This document shows positions 57,633 to 64,000 of a stretch of DNA of 64,000 nucleotides, in pieces; within the stretch, counting starts at the first letter, position 1, and each line of letters starts with the position of its first letter. The notes below the pieces were generated by a model that did not search any database, had not been told where the DNA came from, and saw only the letters and a program-made list of their open reading frames with translations. The position numbers and the translations under genes were made by a program. This DNA comes from Sphaerodactylus townsendi (Eukaryota): NCBI RefSeq assembly GCF_021028975.2, contig NC_059431.1:94612001-94676000 (forward strand), given 5' to 3'.

Positions 57633-60600
57633 CTAGGAGTCTTCTCCTGGGAAAACTGGGAAACCAGGTGGGTAGTAGGAGACCAAGAGGAGCTCAGGAT
57701 GTGTGGCACAAGCTGCCTGAAGCTTTTTCTTCGTGGTTTGATTGAGGAACTTCATTGTAAGCCTGGAAAGAAGAAACACCAATAGTAGGAAGCAGACATT
57801 CAACAACTTCCTAATGCCAAAAAGAGGCTGCAACTGGTTGCTACTTGTGCTACATAATTTTCCACACCAAGCATGATGCAAGTCAACTGTTGGCCATGCT
57901 CTTCAGGGGGAAATCTCCAAGGGCATTCACTGACACTATTTTCCAGAGACCTGGAAGTCCCCAGGAATATGCCCATAAGCAGAGGTGGGATCCAGCAGGT
58001 TCTCACAGGTTCCCGAGAGTAGGTTACTAATTATTTGTGTGTGCCGAGAGTGGGTTACTAATTGGTGATTTTGCCACGTGATTTTTGCCTTAGTTACGCC
58101 CCTCCTCTCAGCAGTAGCGCACAGAACTTGAAGCAATCTAGTAGGAGGTGCACCGGCGTGCATGGCAGCCTGTGCCTGCGTGCATTCGTTTCCCACCCAA
58201 GGACCGGCGCAGTGGCTGCGTCCTTGCCACAGCTCCGCCCAGGAATGCCCCACCCCTGGAATGCCCAGCCACACCCCCGTCGTGCCTCACCCAGCCCTAC
58301 TGGCGCTATGCCACAGTTTGAATCCCACCACCATGGGAACCTGTTACTAAAATTTTTGGATCCCACCAAAAATTGGGCTGGCTGCCAGGCACGTCTGGGA
58401 TTTCAACTGCCCTCAATGGACATGCCTTCCTAACAAGATGGGGCAGAGAGCAAACAAGGCCGCAGAGTCCTTTGCATAAGCAAAATGTAATCCACGTTAC
58501 TATTAATATTAAGTGATACCACACTCACTCCAGTCTCTTCAGCCTGCAGCTCGGCTTCTTCAGTGCCGCACTCAGCTGCCTGACACCCTCGTCTCCCAGC
58601 TGGTTTTCACCCAGGCCCAGATCTGTCAGGGACTCACTGGTTCCCACGACGGAGGCCAAGCCCTCGCATACAGCATCTGTGAGCCCGCAGCTGTGCAACC
58701 TGCCAAGGAGGACTAGGACATGAGTGACCCTTCAGTGTTCACTGATTTCGGCTGGTGTGTTTGCAGATTGAGCACCTTCGATGGATGCTGGAAGGGCGCA
58801 TGCCATCTGTGGGCCATGAAGGCTCGCCCCAGCATGAGCTGCTTGGAGATATTAATGCTGACCTACCAGAGAGGGTATCTTGACCTGGTTGACCCAGGCT
58901 AGCCTGAACTCATCAGATCATGGAAGCTAAGTAGGTTGGTCCTGGTTAGGACTTGGATAGAGAACCAGCAAGGAAGTCCACAGTTGCTGTGGAGAGGCAG
59001 ACAAACTACCTGTCTCTTGCCTTCAAAACCATAAATTTGCTGTGACTGACAGTACTTTCCATCACCACCACCTGAAAGGGTAGTTGGGATGTTTACTGTT
59101 AAAGATCAAGTGGATGAAACAGGTGGAAATACCTACATAGCGGGAATCTCCTGTTACCATCCAGGAAGCAGAGACAAGCTCAGGGGCAGTGAAGGAGGAG
59201 AGATCAACCCTCGGCCCACTTGCATTTTGGGCCAAGCTTGCTAGTTGCGTTGGTAGCCTGCCTGTCTTCCATCACAGAATTTGAGGCAGATAACATCAGG
59301 GATGTCTGGCAAGCCTCCCCACAAAGCACTGACCAGACTCACAGTGCTTCATCTGACCCTGCTCTGAGATACGACAGCAAGTGACCTCATAAATAGATGC
59401 CACAGTACTTTTGAAAGGTGGAATTGCAAACACAGAGAGGCCACGGACCAGATACAGAGGCAGGGGAGGAGGGCATACCTGCTTCTCATGGGCCATTGTC
59501 CCTCAGTCTGAATTCTTGCTGGCTTGTAGGTTTTATTTGCTCACAAGGAAAAACAAATGGCATCTCCCTGGGTACCGATACGTTTCCCCACCAGTGGACA
59601 AATTACAGACCTGGCCAGTGAGTCTCTAAAGGTGAGCATTGATCTATCAGTCTAATGTCCAGTTTGGCCCTTGGTGTTGCCAACTTCTCAACTTGTCCTG
59701 CTCGTGTGCCTTCCACAGGGGAAGCTTTTCCCGAATATTTTTGCTCCTGAAGCTCTGGCAGGCAAGGTTGCTCTTCAAGGCTCAAGAGCAGCACAAAGCA
59801 GCTGACAACCTGGTGAGAAAGGTCTGGCACGCTGAGCAAAGGCGCATCTATACCAAGTTGCTTACATGGAAGCCCTCCACTGGATGGCACTAGGGCATCA
59901 GTTGAAGGGTTTGCAGAGCAGGTTGGTACCCCCATCCCGATTGTGGCTTTTGAGAGTGGACATATGCATTGCTAAGGCCTTTTCCGCACAGCACAGCATA
60001 GTATATGCCGATGCACCCCCGTGGGACCATTCGCATGGACGGTCCTGCTGGGTGCACCGCCCGTGGCGCAGCCTTTGCATAGGCTGCGCCACCCCCAAAT
60101 GTCGCTTACCTCCTGTCATCTGCCATCACATTGTGGAGGCCAGGGGACACATACCCCTGGCCAGAGTGACACCGCTGGTGTTGGAGGCCAGGAGGCGTGT
60201 CCCCTGGCCTTCACAACGTGATATTCGGTGACAGGAGGGGAGAGGGCCAGGGAGGGAACGCCTGCTTCCACCCGGTGCCATTCACCCAGCACTGAATGGA
60301 AGCCATAGTTTGCAAAACATGGTTTGAAAGCACCGTTTCGGGGGGGGAGCGCTGCTGCATCGATTTGGCAGCGGCGCCTGTGCAAAGGCTCCCCTCCAAA
60401 ACGGTGTTTTACCAGGCCGAAATCAACGGAAAGGGCCAAAGTGTCTTCTGGCTCTCACTCCAGGCCCTGTTCAATCAAGCAGACTGTATTTAACCCTCAC
60501 TGCCCCCACCCCACAACCCCAAGAAGCCAGAAATGAGCAAGCCACATACAAGAGTCTTTGAAGCCTGGATTGTGGGCACTTCAGTCCTTCGCACAGTTGC

Positions 60601-62251
60601 CAGACTCCCAGATCTTCCAGGTGATTCCCTACCAGCTCCAGCTCCGTTAGGCACTGATTAAATACCAGAAACCGTGACAGGGACTCACATGCTGCAGCTG
60701 TAAGATTGCAACAATTCATCCTGCAAGAGACAAAGAACAGGTCAGGAAGGACACTTTGGCATTGGTAGCAAGTTGCTGTCAGGGAGCTGGGAAGAGCTAA
60801 GCCAGCTATAGAGCCCCATGGCGCAGAGTGATAAGCTGCAGTATTACTGTCAAAGCTCTACTGAGTTCGATCCCGATGAAACTTGGTTTCAGGTAGCAGG
60901 CTCAAGGTTGACTCAGCCCTTCAGCCTTCCGAGGTTGGTAAAAGGAGGACCCAGCTTGATAGAAGTAAAGTGCAGATGACTGGGGAAGGCCATGGCAACC
61001 CACTGTGTATACCTAGTCTGCCTAGTAAACATTGTGGTGTGACATCACCCCATAGGCCAGTAGTGACCCAGTGCTTGCACAAAGGATGTTATCTTTTTAA
61101 GCCAGCCCAATCTCATCACAGCTTGGAAGCTAAGCAGGATTGGCCCTGGTTAGCATTTGGATAGGAAACCATCCAGGGTTGCCACTCAGAGGCAGGCAAC
61201 GGCCCTTTCTGCACAACCAAAATAAAACACTTTGAGGCAGGAAATAAAAGATTTCCTCCAAGGAGTTCTGCAATGTTTTTAACCCAGAACATTTTATTTC
61301 AAGCCTGAAAGTGTTTTATATGCATCCTCAACTTTAGTGATTCTTTTTCTGAAAACGTATTTAAAATGTTTTCACTTGCTGAGCGATCTCTTTAAAACGT
61401 TTCGTACGCTTCTCTGCAGTCCCTGGACTTCCTCCTCCCTACCATTTACAACACCACTGTAAGGTTGGACATATTCTAAATGGGTAGACAAATGATTTGC
61501 CTAAGGGCACATGGTAAATTTGTGGCGATGCTGAACTATGGAACTCCAAGATCAGGAAACCAGGAACATTGTGTAGCTGTTCATGTCTCCAGTACCCATG
61601 GGGATTTTCAGAGAGAGGAGACTGCTGTTATGTTTAATCTCTTTTTAAAAGGAGGTGCTTTTCAAGTGGGAAGTGAAAAGAAGCAGAACAAGACACAGTA
61701 TCCCACGAAGTCTCCATGTCCAGAATCTGATAACACCCCCCCGCCCCGGAGTGTTTCATTGCTAAACTTTTTCAGGGGCATTTTATTTATATTCTTCATT
61801 CACAGTCTGCCTTTCCATGCTGAGTCTCAAGGCAGATTATGAAATATGAAACACAATCCCATAAAACAGCACAAGGCATCCAATTGACAGTGCAGCGTGA
61901 CTAGAACAAACAGAAAACAATCCAAATAAACCAACCCCTGTCAAAGACATGGCATCCTATTATGCACAGAGGGGGATTGCAAAAGTAGAAGGCAACTCAG
62001 TACAAGCTAGGTGATTCTTTACAATTCAGACTGGGATAGATGACAATTTTCCTCTTTGATAGAAGCGACCGGTCACTTACCGGAGACTCTGAAGCTGACT
62101 ACATGAGTGCATCAATCTGTCACACAAGCAAATCACACCCGAGTCACCCAAAGGATTGTCACCCAAGTCCAAAGTGGTCAGGCCCTGGTTTGTCTCCATA
62201 ACTGAGGCAAGAGTTTCACATGCGGCAGTCGACAGTCCACAGCGATTTAGA
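57633..62251 (-). CDS. NLRP-family (NACHT-LRR-PYD-like) gene, 3' part: LRR exons 62081-62251, 60550-60720, 58529-58699 and terminal exon 57633-57762
   Basis: Three exons of exactly 171 nt, all phase 2, encode ribonuclease-inhibitor-type LRRs (LNRCGLSTAACETLASVMETNQGLTTLDLGDNPLGDSGVICLCDRL; MNCCNLTAAACESLS...LELVGNHLEDLGVWQLCEGLKCPQSRLQRL; LHSCGLTDAVCEGLAS...LGLGENQLGDEGVRQLSAALKKPSCRLKRL). Terminal exon reads LTMKFLNQTTKKKLQAACATHPELLLVSYYPPGFPVFPGEDS*. NACHT and PYD would lie beyond the window, so the NLRP assignment is inferred from exon architecture. Confidence 0.88.
57980..58368 (-). mobile_element. Second copy of the 23548 element, in the last NLRP intron
   Basis: High similarity to 23548-23939 in reverse orientation; one terminus clipped. 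Confidence 0.88.
59679..59809 (-). pseudogene. Probable decayed (frameshifted) LRR exon inside an NLRP intron
   Basis: Good acceptor (ctttctcaccag|g), then GTTGTCAGCTGC, resembling the start of the 58699 exon (GTTGCACAGCTGC). LRR-like fragments CAAL, LKSN, CLPEL and KL-EKL lie in shifting frames; no GT donor. Confidence 0.45.
60811..61097 (+). mobile_element. Sauria-type SINE
   Basis: GAGCCCCATGGCGCAGAGTG head, GGTTGACTCAGCC(C)TTC.TCCTTCCGAGGT body, GAAGGC.ATGGCAA.CCAC BovB-like tail. Confidence 0.75.
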
Positions 62252-62738
62252 CTGGAAAAGTAGAAATGGGGCAGGGATAATACAAAAAGGGTAGCTTACT
62301 TATTGACACACTTAATTTACACCCTGCCTTTCTCTTCAACAGGGACGCAAATTGCTTACATCCTCCTTCATTTTATCCTCCCAGCAATCCTGTCAGGTAG
62401 CTTAGGCTATGAGTGCAGAACTGGCCCATAGTCACCTGGCTTACACGGGATCAGATTGACAAGTCTTTAAGGTACTTATCAAAGCAGCAAGAGTGTAGGC
62501 CTCTTCATCTATTTCCACCCAAAGGAATGCCCAGGTCTTATCAGAAGGGGGCAGTGGAAAGAACTGCTGTCATTCACCCCATTTTATAAAATATAAGCAA
62601 TGCAGGAATGAAAAACACCTGGTTTATCTCCATCCTCAATGACACCCAAAGGTTTTCCTAGAGGCAACAAAGAAAAAGAGGTGGAGATTTGCAATCCTTC
62701 ACACGCTTAGTTGAGAGGAAGTCGTACTCAACATAGTG

Positions 62739-62877
62739 CAGAGGTGGCCAACCTGTGGCACTCCAGATGTTCATGGACTACAACTCCCATCAGCCCCTGC
62801 CAGCATGGCCAATTGGCAGGGGCTGGTGGGAATTGCAGTCCATGAACATCTGGAGTGCCATAGGTTGGCCACCCCTG
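62739..62877. mobile_element. Palindromic hAT MITE (ACTACAA[T/C]TCCCA family)
   Basis: TIR CAGAGGTGGCCAACCT / AGGTTGGCCACCCCTG; TSD ACATAGTG/GCATAGTG. Confidence 0.9.
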
Positions 62878-63569
62878 GCATAGTGGAAGTGACCTCTGAG
62901 CAGGCCTGCATAGAATTCTACTGCAATTCTCACTGATGGAGCAAAATGGCTTTAAACCTGCTGTTTTTGCATAGTCAGGGGAGAAGATGGATTCCCGTTT
63001 CAGTGAAAGTGGCCAAGCCACTTGGATTCCCAGTAGATTCAGCACATGTCAATCCAGTTGTACGCTTGTGACTGTCTGGCAGCCCCGCACACACTATGCA
63101 CCTGCCTGTGCCAAAGGAGCTGGAGGTTAGCATGGATGGCCTTTTTCCTTCCAAGTGCTGAAGCCCTTGTGTCAGCCAATCTTGAGAGGTTATGTTGGAA
63201 ACATTTACAGAAAATGGACATTTCCAACTCATGGATGCAAGCAAGAAACAATTTTAGCAGATTGAGATGAACCAGCCCACTGAGAGCAGAGCAGATCAGA
63301 GCAGGGTGGTAGTGGCGGGTGGAGTAATCTGGATTTCTATTTACAACACTGACTGGTTAGACACTCACAAACTGGCCTTAAAGCTGCAGCCCTCTTTTAA
63401 TGCTTGTTCCTCTACAACTGGAAATAACAGCTACATTGCATCTGAAGATGGGGTTTTTTTACCTATAATGGCTCATAGCTATGGATAGACACGTGTTCTA
63501 ATTCAACAAGTCTCTGAAACCTTCTAATCTACTAACGTCCTTTTTTTAAAAAAAGAAAAAGGAGCCATA

Positions 63570-63715
63570 GGCGGATTCCGCATGGCCAAAAACAGCGATG
63601 TGCGAACGGTATAAAACGGTTTAAAACAGTGTAAAAGGTTTTAAACGTTTTTAAATGGTGTAAAACGCTTTCACACTGTTTTTACACACTGTTTTTGGCC
63701 CATTCGGAATCTGCC
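63570..63715. mobile_element. PIF/Harbinger-type MITE
   Basis: TIR GGCGGATTCCGCATGGCCAAAAACAG / CTGTTTTTGGCCCATTCGGAATCTGCC; ATA on both sides; internal TAAAACGGT-like repeats. Confidence 0.7.
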
Positions 63716-64000
63716 ATAGAGATGTAAAGGCCCAGGGACAAACAATCTATTCTGATTTTTCCATGAGGTATTTTTTTCAATTTTTCTGATGGGAAAAATA
63801 GGAAATTTGGGGGATCACTGCGAAAAACTGAGAGGATTTTTCTCTCATTGAAATGAGTGAAATGCATGTTAAGACAAAGTTTTATTCACTGAAAGGCCAT
63901 TTACATGCTTGGGGTCTCCTTCACATTGAGCATACATTTCCTCCTGTTTGATTCTTGATTATGCACATGCTGTGCTCTCCATAGTTTTTGAAAGCTCTGA

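Noticed and set aside
59866-60536. GC-rich stretch with multiple ORFs in an NLRP intron
   Set aside because: No recognisable protein, splice chain or repeat termini; left unassigned.

Overview
Eukaryotic vertebrate DNA, almost certainly squamate. Sauria-type, Squam3-type and 5S-derived SINEs, BovB, CR1 and Penelope remnants suggest a lizard, possibly a gecko, but the species cannot be fixed from the sequence. Most ORFs in the supplied track are spurious. Four spliced protein-coding genes could be assembled by hand from GT-AG sites and intron phases. (1) A SUN-domain nuclear-envelope gene on + (about 18.7-38.5 kb), SUN3/SUN5-like; 9 phase-consistent exons encode TM, coiled coil and SUN domain, and its N-terminal exon chain is only partly resolved. 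(2) NDUFB6 on + (43153-47711, 4 exons, 141 aa) with a 14-residue N-terminal extension. (3) RPP25L on - (single coding exon 50771-51325, non-coding first exon in a CpG island near 53.1-53.4 kb). (4) The 3' end of an NLRP-type gene on - (three 171-nt LRR exons plus a terminal exon, 57633-62251). The rest is transposon-rich: hAT MITEs with 8-bp TSDs, Harbinger MITEs and a decayed Harbinger transposase, a Tc2-like MITE, a solo LTR, and LINE fragments. The most interesting observations are a hAT MITE carrying the ZNF143/THAP11 motif next to both housekeeping promoters, an atypical SUN paralog with a Cys pair in its KASH lid, a near-perfect 251-bp foldback built from 72-bp units, Penelope hammerhead relics and a decayed LRR exon. 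No CRISPR array, tRNA gene or rRNA gene is supported. The first ~18 kb contains no gene I can support.
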